Shown here: positions 49,786 through 61,210 of the stretch, in pieces | How positions within the stretch are numbered: position 1 is the stretch's first letter | Layout of the letters: the number at the start of each line of letters is the position of its first letter | From: Squalus acanthias | Taxonomy: Eukaryota | DNA: 64,000 bases | Assembly: GCA_030390025.1 (NCBI GenBank) | Contig: CM059432.1 | Coordinates: 88,352,001 to 88,416,000, forward strand | Direction: 5' to 3' | Translations under genes and position numbers: made by a program | The notes under the pieces: model-generated | Database searches by the model: none | The model's input: only the letters and a program-made list of their open reading frames with translations | Told to the model about the DNA's origin: nothing

Positions 49786-50287
49786 CTGGAGAGGTTCAAC
49801 TCTGTGTGAAGGAGTTTTGGATACTGAGCAGCACTTTGCAGGTTCATTTTGATTTGACCTTCCTTGCATCGATTTAGAAGAGACTGTGGGGGCTGCACTC
49901 TGAGCTCTTTCCCTGGGCCTCTCCATTGTTCTTTCCAGCAGAATTGATGTACAGGTCTCTCCAGGCTGAGATTCAAGGCTGCAATGAGCAGGGTGTGGAT
50001 GGAGAGCAAGATCGACCCTCCCCTTTAAGAACTGGCCGGCACCAGTGTGTCTGTGTTCCATTGCTGACTGACATCACATGAGCTTCGCCAGCGCTCTGAG
50101 GTAGCGCCTCACTCCTCGGCATTAGCGCCTTAAGAGAGGTGTGTAGCACCTGATTTAGCGCTCCAATCACCTCCAGGGGCGATAGAAGCCAAGTTTGCAG
50201 TCGGAGGCGATAATTAGCGCTAGGTGCTAAACTTTGCGCCCAGCCGATAATTGCGCCCCAAACGGGGTGATACCGAATTTCTCCCCC
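49379..50287 (-). mobile_element. Harbinger MITE family A, complete, inverted
   Basis: TIR GGGGGAAAAATTCGGT / ACCGAATTTCTCCCCC, TSD TAA, internal (GA)n expansion. Confidence 0.95.
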
Positions 50288-50290
50288 TAA

Positions 50291-51545
50291 AAAATGGGAG
50301 CGGTCGTTATGATCTGAAATTATTGAACTCAGTGTTGAGCCCGGAAACTGTAAAGTGTCTAATCGAATGATGAGGTGCTGTTCCTCGAGTTTGCCTTGAG
50401 CTTCATTGGAACAGTGTAAGAGGACGGAGGACAGAGAGGTCAGAGTGGGAGTGGGATGTAGAATTAAAATGGCAAGCTCAGGGTCACGCTGGCGGACTGA
50501 ATGAAGGTGTTCATCAAAGTAATCACCCAATCTGCATTTGGTTTCCCCAGTGTAGAGGATACCGCTCCGTGAACAGTGTATACTAAATTGATGAAGTACA
50601 AATAAATCGCTGTTTCACCTGAAAGGAGTATTTGGGGCACTGGAAGGGAGGAAGTAAAAGGGCAGGTGTTGCATCTCCTGCGCGTGCATGGGAAGGTGCC
50701 GTTGGAAGAAGGATGTTCTTGCCATGGAAGGAGTTCAGCGAAGATTCACAAGGCTGATACCTGGGATGGCAGGAATGACATATGAGGAGAGATTGGGTCG
50801 ATTGGGCTTATACTCGCTAGAGTATAGAAGAATGAGAGGGGATCTGATCGAAACATATAAAATTCTGACAGGTCAGGACAAACTAGATGCAGGAAGAATG
50901 TTCCCGATGGTCGAAGAGTCCAGAACCAGGGGTCATAATCTAAGGATAAGGGGTAAGCCATTTAGGACAGAAATGAGGAAGAATTTCTTCACCCAGAGAG
51001 TGGTGAACCTGTGGAATTCTCTACCACAGAAGGTAGTTGAGGCCAAGTCATTAAATATATTCAAGAATGAGTTAGATATATTTCTTAAAGCTAAAGGTAT
51101 CAAGGGATATGGGGAAAAGGCAGGTACAGGGTACTGAGTTTGGATGATCAGCCATAATCTCATCGAATGGCGGAGCAGGCTCGAGGGGCCGAATGGCCTA
51201 CTCCTGCTCCTATCTTCTATGTTTCTATGGTGTTAGGGTTGGTGGATGAGTGGCCCAGGGTGTCGCGGAAGGAACAGTCCCTTCGGAATGCTGAAAGGGG
51301 AGGGGAAGGGAACATGTGTTTGGTGGCGGCATCGCGCTAGAGGTGGTGGAAATGGCGGAGGATGATCCGTTGAATGTGGAAGGTGAGGACAAGGGGAACC
51401 CTATTGTGGTTTTGGGAGGGAGGGGAAGGGGTGAAGTCAAAAGTGCGGGAAATGAGACGGACACAGTTGAGGGCCCTGTCAACCACCATTGACGAGAATT
51501 CTCGGTTGAGGAAAAAGGAAGACATATTGGAAGCACTGGTGTTGA
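50291..51545 (-). mobile_element. Penelope-like element fragment (GIY-YIG region), split by CR1
   Basis: On -: RVPLVLTFH, GILYTGETKCRLGDYFDEHL, KLEEQHLIIRL. Confidence 0.85.
50705..51229 (+). mobile_element. CR1 LINE 3' end
   Basis: VQRRFTRLIPGM..YEERL..LYSLEYRRMRGDLIETYKIL...NFFTQRVVNLWNSLP, with CR1 tail. Confidence 0.93.
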
Positions 51546-52040
51546 TTTTGAGTTTTGGATGACCGACCGATGGAACGTGCTGGCATTTTGCCTTCGCTCC
51601 AAGCAAAGAAGCAGCAGTGATTTTGAGCCACGGCATCATTAACATCGGGCCGGTGAGCTGCAAGGCGTCAAACGGTATCCTGATGCAGTTCGCCAGATTG
51701 AGGCCTACCACTATCGGGGCCCAGATTATTTTTGCATTTCTCCTCCTTCTGGCCCCACAAAAATGTTATCAAAACTTATCTTCGCTAGGCCTCTTCTCCT
51801 CTATTGCCTCTGGAAATGATTGGAGTGGAGCATGCACAATGCACATTGCATGCTCCGATTTCCAACATATTGAAATGGGGTTACTGCCTAAATCAGGGAG
51901 GCATTTTGGGTCCCCAGCGGTGAACCCCTTTCAAAATGGCATTGGTTGCATCATGTGCATTAATGGGGTGGTAAGGCTAGCACCCCATTTTGAGGCCGTT
52001 GCCACCGTTAACGTGAGGCATTACAAGTTAAATCGACCCC
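51540..52040. mobile_element. Degraded Harbinger-like MITE
   Basis: Right end TTAAATCGACCCC. Contains the GGCCCCACAAAA motif also seen at 59630. Confidence 0.4.
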
Positions 52041-52118
52041 TTTGTTTCCTGTCTATCAATCAACCTTCTATACCTACTACAACATTTCCTCTTATATCAT
52101 ACACCAGAATTTTCTAAC

Positions 52119-52440
52119 AAGCCTCTTGTGAGACATCTTAATGAATACCTTCTGAATATCCATATGCACTGCATCGAATGCTTTCCCTTTACCTATCCAA
52201 TTGATCACTTCAAAACTTCTATTAAATTTGTCAAACACGCCTTGCCTCTCGCAAATCCATGCAGATGTCATAATTTAAAAGGAAATTAGATAAATATTAG
52301 AAAAGAATGAATATGAAGGGATATGGGAAAAAGGCATGGAAATAGGATTTGAGTAGATAACTGCAGTTGAAGAGCTAGCACTGGCACAATTACAAGGGGC
52401 CAAATGGTCTCCTTTTGTGCTGTAATTTCTATGATTTCAG
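52119..52440. mobile_element. Old CR1 pieces (RT fragment on -, 3' tail on +)
   Basis: AAATTTGTCAAACAC...AAATCCATG resembles 30960-31000. Tail GGGCCAAATGGTCTCCTTTTGTGCTGTAATTTCTATGA. Confidence 0.55.
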
Positions 52441-52974
52441 ACTCTCTGTTCACTCTCTCGTCAGTGAATCACTCTCAGCATTACGATGTATTTTTTCTCT
52501 ACCCAGCACTCATCCTCCACTTATATGTTTAACTTAGGAAAATGTCAACCATAGTTAATAAGAAACTAGAGTATATAGACAAACCTCACTCATTCTCCCA
52601 CCCACCATCCATAGACGAGAAGGCAGGAAGGCAGTATTCTTCTAAGCCACTGTCAATGTCTGATTTGGTTGCTAGGATGTGTGGAAGTATGGGACATTAC
52701 AATTCACTCTCTACTTTCCCCCTTCTTCTTCTTCTAAGGAAGTGGCTGGATTCTGCTCAGTGTCTCCCCAGAGCAGTGCAGCCACACTTGGAAACTCTGT
52801 GATCTGAGAAAATCATACCTGTGACCCCTCATAGCTGCAGCTTCTGCTGTTGATGCTGCAGGATCCCCACTGCACTGCCACCATTACAATATCCCCTATT
52901 TCTGCACTATAGTATTTGTGGAAGACACATAACTAATTTGAAAGTACATTCATAAAATGTGTGCAGAGAGTTCC

Positions 52975-53325
52975 TCCATGGCCCTCAGTGCATTTATCTA
53001 TTCAGCATGGAGTTTCATAGCTGAGCTACAAGAACCAACCATATCCCAAGTAGGAGTGCTACAATTGACATCTGTCCCCCAGGTTGTTGAGTGGAAAAAT
53101 AAGCTAGGATTCCCATTCCTGATTGTAATCCAGTGCCCCCTAATAGGAAGTTGCATTTATCCATTCTGCATGGGTGGGGTTTGGTGTTGCCCACAGTTGA
53201 ATAGCCTGTCAACATTCACCCATACATTAGGAATAGTCATTCTGGGGAGATATCATACGACTCCTATGGAACTGTACCCCAACAAGTAATCAATGTTAAT
53301 CAGGAGGGGAGGGAAGAAATTTGGC
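52975..53325 (+). mobile_element. Old SINE-like repeat (family C)
   Basis: TTCCTGATTGTAATCCAGTG and GGAGGGGAGGGAAGAAATTTG match the 47645 copy. Confidence 0.45.
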
Positions 53326-55984
53326 AATTCAGCAACAAAAAAAAAATTTAAAGTGAAGATGCATGTAAATTTAAATAAGTAGCTGTAAAGTAGAGAATTT
53401 GATTTTGAAACGTGCATTATATTTCACAATTAAAAGTAGCTGATGTAAGTGCCTAAGATTATTATGGATATAATTAGCGTGATTATCCTGCTGGAGCAAT
53501 GTTACTGCAATAATGTGAGTGTCTTTTTTTTTGAAAACTCAGTATTTTGTAAAATGTAACTAATGCAATGAGTTTTATCAAAAACTAAATGTATGTTGGG
53601 GTTTAAATAGTTTGAGAACTAAAGGGATGAGAAGTTGAGGTGTTCCATATGATGCTTTCAAAACATTATGCGGCTGAGCTTAATTGTGGGAATAATTCAG
53701 TGGTTATAGTGATAGTGATTACACTACGCAGATGGATACTCATTTATTTTGGACATAAGGCAATGTTTTAGTCCTTTAAGGGTTACAACGGAAGTTACTG
53801 CTTGTGTGAAGTAAATGACAGAACTTTATAGCATTGCGTGAACAAAACAGCAACACATGGGGTGGAGACTTCCCAGCACAAAATAGATAAGTTATCAGTG
53901 TTTGCTAAAAAACCTTATTGCTTTCAGGGCAATAACGATAACTTATATATCCCAGAATCAGCATGCATGCACAGCCACTCAAGGTTACAGCCTCTTAGCT
54001 GCTAAGATAGCTGTTATAGTTCGGGCTTTCTCCCACCACTCACAGTCCGAAGGTCATTTCCAGAAGCAGACCAAGTCTCCTATGAACCAAAAGCTCCACC
54101 TTTCTGTGTGCTGTGAGTGGGATGGCATGCTATGGGACTAACTATTACCATTCAAATATGATGTATTGTACCAGAGATTACATAGGATGCCCACTCCATT
54201 CTCCTGTCTACTCAAGAAGATGCTATATACCACACTGTCAGACCATTATATTCAGGTTAAAACCAATGAGGGATACTTTTATGGAATCGCTCTCCCGGTG
54301 TGGAGCCTCACCCATTGGAAGCATGCTGTCAGAAGACTACCCATATAGGGAGATTTATTTACAAAGTAATTACACAGAAGCCGCAAGACAGCAAGTTACT
54401 TATGATACAATAAGCTAGAGAATAATAAAGATGAATAAATAATAAATCTGTCCATGAGAGATTGAAGTAGCATTTCTAAAGTGTATTTTTTACATAGTTC
54501 ATTACATGAACAGGCTTTTGGATGAAAGTTGTAGACCTTCATGATTAGATAATGTATGGAATGGTTAAAGTGAAATTTGTGAGCAGCAGCATGGGAGATT
54601 CACGAGGAATGATTTATATGCACTGTTCAGACTACTTTTTTATCATGTGCAATAGATGATACTTTTCCTCTACATATTGATAAACTTTAATTGTTTCTAA
54701 GGGAAAGCGTTGAACATTGGAAAATTATATAACTAAATCTGCTGCAAAGATACATATGGGTTACACTTCTACTAAAATGATAAACAAAATCTAACGTAAA
54801 AGAATTACACAGGTTTAATCTGACTCCTACACAAGTCATTCCCATCTCTCATCAAATCTCAAGAGTGAGGAGAACTAGACAACTCTTCATTGGGTTTGCT
54901 CACTAAAGAAACATGTCGTCACTTCAGTTCCTTGGAACCAGTCTGTGAAGGTGGCTGGTGGAGCCCAGTAAACGTTTCGATCTTACCACACCTTTCTGAG
55001 CTTATGTTTAAACAAAGTGTTCACTGCTTGTTAGCAACAACATTGGAATTTCAAAATGCAAAGGGTTATTGGCAGAGATGGTGTATGCGCCAGGTATCAC
55101 CAGGTACGAAGGTCTCAGCAATTAAGAAACATAACTAAATAAACAAGTTTGAATACGAGAATTTTATTGCAGTACACTTACTGCGATTTTAGCATTGCAT
55201 TTGTCCCAGTAATACAGTAATAACTGATTGTATTGGGATTAGTTTTCAAAAGATAGAACATATCCAAATGATTTTATTTAGGAACTTACCAAGTATTTCA
55301 TAATTTAAGAAAGAAGTGACTATTATTTTTACATGTTCATGTAATAGCACTAGAGGCAGTCAATAGTAATCTGTTTTTCTTCCTATCTGTGCTGGTAAAG
55401 ATGTATTTGAAATAGTCAGGCTTGGCATTTTCTCTCATTATCAATTATTAACAGTATTTAGTTATTGCCACTTGCCTGTAGCGGGAGGCTCCAACGCTGC
55501 CAAAAATCCATCAGTTAAAATGGAGGAGGGCGTGAACGGGTTGGGAACGCAACGGGAAGCACCCAACCACCATTTTAACCATGTGTATGCCCTGTTCCCA
55601 CTGGTATATTTCAGGAGAATTAAAAAATTTTGGCCAGAGCCTCTGCCATCTCCTCTCTGACTGCCTTCAACAGCCTAGGGTGCATGATATCAGGACCTGG
55701 TGACTATGTCATCCTGAATTACATTGCATAGAATTACATAGAATGTACAGCACAGAAAAAGGCCATTCAGCTCAACTGGTCCATGCTGGGTTTTTAGCTC
55801 ATTTGTTTTCAGATCCAATTCCTTTTCTACAGTTAACTGTACAGTCACATCCTTCTCTATTACACCTACATTCTTACTTCCACCATCATTTATAAAAACT
55901 GATGTAAAATATTTATTTAATATATTTCCATCATACCTTCATCCTCCACAATTAGATCTCCCTTTTTATCCCTGAGTAGTTTCT

Positions 55985-56510
55985 AATATCTTTAACATCG
56001 CAAAACACCTCAAGGTGGTTCACAGTTGGGGCCCAAGTAGAAGGAGAATTAGACGTGGTGACCAAAAGCACAGTTGAAGAGATTAATTTTAAGGAAGCAA
56101 GACAAAGTTTTAGGGAGAAAGTGTGGGGACAAGAGCAGAGGGTGTGGTAGACTAAAGTTCGAAGAAAGGAGTGCGGGCAGGGCTGAAAAAAGTTGCAATG
56201 GTAGGAAAGGGTGAGGGATTTGAAGATAAGGATGTGCAGAGACAATGGAGATCTGCAAGGATTGGGGTAATGGGTAAACTGGATTTTGATCAGAGCTGAT
56301 ACAGGCAGCAGAGTTCTGGAAAAGTTTGAGTTTATATACAGTGGATCTTGGGACCAATGATTAAAGGCGAGTGTAGAAGTGAGAAAGGCGTGGTTTATTG
56401 TTTCAGAGGCAGTGGAGATGAGGTAGGGGTGGAGACAAATAATGTTTTGGAGGTGGAAATGGCCCACTTTGGATGGACTGGATATGGGGTTTGATGCTCA
56501 GCTCAGTTGA
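55985..56510 (-). mobile_element. Old L2 LINE 3' fragment
   Basis: HFHLQNIICLHPYLISTASETINHAFLTS and KLKLFQNSAA, homologous to 35700-35880. Confidence 0.8.
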
Positions 56511-56805
56511 GCAGGTTGTATACCGTCATGTGCGCAACCTTAAGTACTTTGGGGGAAAAACATAACGGGATGAAATTATTTTGCAGATATAAATTTTAAA
56601 CTAACAACATGTATTGAAATGTGTTCTCTCTGAATGGTATTTAATGCCCTATTTTTACTAGATTATTTTCTACCTCTGGGTCCAATGTTTTAATGGTATC
56701 AACATTTTGGACTCTTTGCACAGCGATCTCGAGAAAATTTTACAAGACTTTTTTTCTCAAGTGCTCTATTCTAGTATTTTCAGATTCAGTGCAGGGGGAT
56801 CACTG

Positions 56806-57295
56806 ACATATAAGATATAAGAAATAAGAGCAGGAGTAGGCCATTTGGCCCTTCGAGCCTACTCTGCCATTCAATAAGATCATGGCTGATCTTCCATCTC
56901 AACTCCACTTTCCCGCCCTATCCCCATATCTCTTGATTCCCTTAGTATCCAAAAATCTAGCGATCTCTGTCTTGAATGTACTCAACGACTGAGCATCCAC
57001 AGCCCTTTGGGGTAGAGAATTCCAAAGATTCACCACCCTCTGAGTGAAGAAATTCCTCTTCATCTCAGTCCTAAATGGCCATCCCCTTATTCTGAGACTG
57101 TGACTCCTAGTTCTAGACCCCCCAGCTAGGGAAAACAGCCTCTCAACATCTACCCTGTCAATCCCCTTAAGAATTTTATATGTTTCAATGAGAGCACCTC
57201 TTATTTTTCTAAACTCTAGGGAATATAGGCCTAGTCTACTCAATCTCTCCTCATAGGACAATCCCCCCATCCCAGGAATCAGTCTGGTGAACCTT
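56806..57295 (-). mobile_element. CR1 LINE 3' end
   Basis: GLSYEERLSRLGLYSLEF...RNFFTQRVVNLWNSLP, with tail. Confidence 0.93.
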
Positions 57296-57570
57296 TGGCG
57301 CTAATTTAATTCTGGAGGCGGGTCAGCTGGTTTCCGGGTTCCGCTCCCGTCCCCAGCTGCCTCCGCTCTGCAGACATGATTTTCCCTTGATTGGCTTTGT
57401 TAAGCCCGCCCTGTGGGCTTACCGGTCAATTAACAGGAAGCGGGTCTTGACAGATCGCAAGTACCGGGTTTTTGCACATGCGCAGGGCATGCAGAAACCT
57501 GGGACTTGCGGGGCCTTTTACAAGGCTTACGACAACGTACGCCGTCATTGGCCCCGCAAAGTCTGGGTCA
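57296..57570. mobile_element. Composite Harbinger-like remnant
   Basis: 57350-57450 resembles 61270-61375. 57445-57570 is the reverse complement of the 46074-46175 end. Confidence 0.65.
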
Positions 57571-59337
57571 TTAGCTTATTAGAAACCACCATTAGATACA
57601 AAATGTGTCTCAAGGGATGCTTGTACTGGCTTCTTCTTCTACCATTGGCTGACAATTCCTCATCCAATGTTTTAATGATTAAAGAGGCAACCAGATAAGT
57701 TTAGATGTGACTTCTGGTGCAAGATTAATGATGGGATCCTATGATTGTGGGAAAAAAACATATTTTGAATATTATTTTTTTGTTTGGGGAGGGAGAATAG
57801 CCAGAACAACCATTTATCATTTTCATGGCAATGCTTTCACTTCCAGGTGAAGGGGTGATGTATTTCAGCACAATTTATGTTATTACCATAGGTGCTTATA
57901 CACAAAGATTCTTTCTGACAAAAATGATGCCCCTTCAAATGTGTGGAATAACCTGGTGCTTTAGCTATGAACAGTAGGTCTATAAAACTAAAAGTGGAAC
58001 AGGACAGATTTTCATTGCAGGATAAAACTTAAATTTGTGATAAAATAATGATGAAAGTGTGCGTGCATATCTGTATGTTGGAGGAGAAAATGGATAGCAA
58101 TGGATGGATGGGTTTGCCTGAAGCACCCCAAACAATTAAAAAGGCTAAATAATATTTTTCTAACAAAGATTCTTATTTTGAAATAACTAAATGTTGACAG
58201 AAATATTGAAATGTATGACTCTTCAGCAGTAAATGTTCATATTGCAGTAAAGTCATGATTAATTTAGGTAGTTTATATAAAGCCTTATTGAGACTGGGTT
58301 TTAATAAATAGAACAAAAATATTTGAAAATGCCACTGCAGAAACATTTGATTTTGTACTTTCTCTTCCTGAAGCGTCTTATTAGAAAGTGTTTGTAGCAA
58401 TATTAGTTATTGCTCACTAAATTAATTTACTGTGCACTTTTGGTTTTGGATAAAGGTGAGGAAAAGGTTGTGAGATATCTTGGGAACATGTGATGGTTTG
58501 CATTCTGATGGCTTTCGTTGTTCCATTTAGTAATCCCACTTTCCACATCAGTGGAATTCCCATGCTGGCAGTGAAGATATTTAACATTTTGCCTCCTGTT
58601 AAAATAATTGATAATTGATTTTAAATGTTAGGAGTTAGTGAGGGGAAAAGTAAAGGATCAGAGCCTCAGAGCTATGTTAATTTAAGCAGTTTAGAAGCGC
58701 TAGAACCGTATCAACCTTCACCATAGTTGCATGAATGAAAAACCATGAGGCAGCTAGTGAGGTATGCACCATCTATTGTTTCACTTCATGCTTCGTAAAA
58801 AGAAACTTGGAGCTTTTTCAATATGTATGTTGGAGCTTGATCTGTGTAGACTTTTTTTTTATGTAATAGGCATTGGTACTTGTTAGAGACAACTAAGTGG
58901 TGAACATCTTATCTGTACTGGTTTTAGTAACAACATAGTAACTTGAGTTTTCTTCGAATTATGCATGTAGCTTTATGTAAACCGCATCATATTGAATGCA
59001 ATATAACTGGTGCTCTACTAGTATTGAATAAATCTAATTCATAACAGATTACCTTTGTCGATCTGCACATTTTTTTCTGGTAAAATATATATTATAGCTC
59101 ATATGTGCCAACCATCAGCTTGTCAAGATGACAGGCAGCATTTTACAAGAAAAATCAGCTATTTTTTTATTGGTTGACACTGATAACCTGCAATCCCAAT
59201 CAGATTGCTTGACTGGTGAGCCAGAAGGCTGCTAGAAACAACCAATCAGACATTATGTTCTCCTACTGTTAGATATGCACAACGTTAAGGCAGAAATGTT
59301 TTCAGATGAGGTGATGGTTTCTGAGAGTTGCATTTAC

Positions 59338-59790
59338 GGGGTGAATTTTAACTCGGAGCAGGTTTCCAGTGGGAAACGGCGCCAGTGAGTTAATTTCCCA
59401 CCTGCCAGAGGCAGTAGGAAGCTACGGTCTACTTCTGTCTTGAATAAGCAGGAAAAGGGCACAATGTGGCTGCAGGCAGGGGAAGTTCAAGCGGCCCTTG
59501 GCTTCCAGGTGGGTGGTAGGGAGGGGGATTTGGAGGGGTCTCACCAGAGGGAGAGGGGTGGGGGGATGTCAGGGCAGCAGATGCTGCGACTTTCCTTGTG
59601 GGCTCTGTGGTGTACTCCTGCTCCTCTGGGCCCCACAAAAGAAATGTTCTGACTTACCTGGGGGACCTCTTTGTCATTCCCACCAACTCCCGACTGGCTT
59701 CAGCCTGACAGAAAGTTCCCGCTGAGGCTCAGGTTAAAATGCCTTTAGGTTCCTATTGACGTATTAGGATCCGGTTTGCATAAATTAATG
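59338..59790. mobile_element. MITE family C, truncated
   Basis: GGGGTGAATTTTAAC start; ACTCCTGCTCCTCTGGGCCCCACAAA...ACTTACCTG. Confidence 0.6.
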
Positions 59791-59864
59791 ACTTAAATCA
59801 GTAACAACTTTGTTAAATTAGCAGACAGAAGAATGTAATACGAGCCTGTTAGGAATTATCTAGA

Positions 59865-59965
59865 TTCATATTGAAAATATTGGAAATGCACAGCAGGTTG
59901 AACAGCATCTAAAAGATGGAAAAAACGGGTTAATTTTTGGATGTGAGCCTTCATTGAAGCTCCAT
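59865..59965 (-). mobile_element. Degraded Penelope pLTR remnant
   Basis: GAAAATATTGGAAATGCACAGCAGGT..CAGCATCT resembles 32418-32460. Confidence 0.5.
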
Positions 59966-61210
59966 TCTACAGTTTTACTTCAATGATATTGGCTCACTGT
60001 TATCCTTCCTGAAGCTACTTAGAAATAAAAATTGATGAATTAAAATAGGTCAATTAGCATCCCTTGATTCATGTAATTCTGCACCTGCCTCTGGGCTATC
60101 AAAGGGTTTGGGACAGGGACAGATGTGATTGTGAGCCAGTTTTATTTTGTGCATGAAGAATACACTGCTGCTTCAGTTTATTGTAGGTATGTAATGGCCC
60201 AGATTTTGCTGTGGCATGGCATCTAATGGCATCTACTGTTAGTTAGACTTGCCCTTCCACATTTAGGCTGCGATTTTGCTGGTGCTCAGTGGACCCGATT
60301 GGTGGCGGGTCAGCTGTGAAATTTAAAATTATTGACAGCGGGTCAGAAACCCGCTGTCAAAACGCGCACACCTACATTTCCTGATCTCGGGTCTGCCAGC
60401 GCTGAGCAGACCTGACAGGCAGCGGCAGGGGACCGAATTCAAATCATTAGTGGCTTGTTTACAGCCACTTAAGCAATGCTTTTTTCCCGGCTTTTTAACT
60501 TTCACAGGTCTCCCACCGGTTTCCTGCTGTGCCTAGACCTCGTCTGTGAAGCTGAGGCGGGAGGTCAGTGGCCATTGAATCAGCTGATGAGTTGACAGCT
60601 TCAAATGTCAACTCAAAGCTCCCAGCTGATTGAGAAATGTTCCCTTAACTACTAGCTTCTCTAAACTGCATTTTCACTACAGATTCAAGATACTGCAATT
60701 CTTTACACAAGTCTCCATCCAGTCTGACCTCATTACCTCTCTCACCATTGACAGATCGCTTCTGTCATCTCTACTTCACTTGCCATCTATTCCATAAGCA
60801 TCAGTGCACTTTATACTCTCACCTTGGTCCACAGAATCTGACAAAGATCAACCCAGCACCAGCATCACCAGGCCCAACAACCACACCTACCTTCTCCACA
60901 GTCAATTGATGCTGCACAGGACACAGGGCATCAGCACCCAACCACATTGCTGCCCAGGATGCCAGGGATGGCCTCACCATAGCCAGATTTACTTCACTTG
61001 ACATTGCACACTCTGGCTGCCACATAATGTGCCAAGTTGGCACCACCCCACACCAACAACATATAGCATCCCTATAATGTCCATGCCATTCCTTTCACAC
61101 TCATCAGCATTGCAGGCGGTACCGTTATGTCTCCCCATTCACTGCAACTCACTAAGCCACTTCCAAAGGTGCACACAAATCTGTCCAAGAACATAACATG
61201 TTAAAAATTT

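Noticed and set aside
54890..55138. Host coding exon (donor-like CAG|GTAC near 55104)
   Set aside because: No recognisable protein in any frame and no convincing acceptor; cannot be supported without RNA data.
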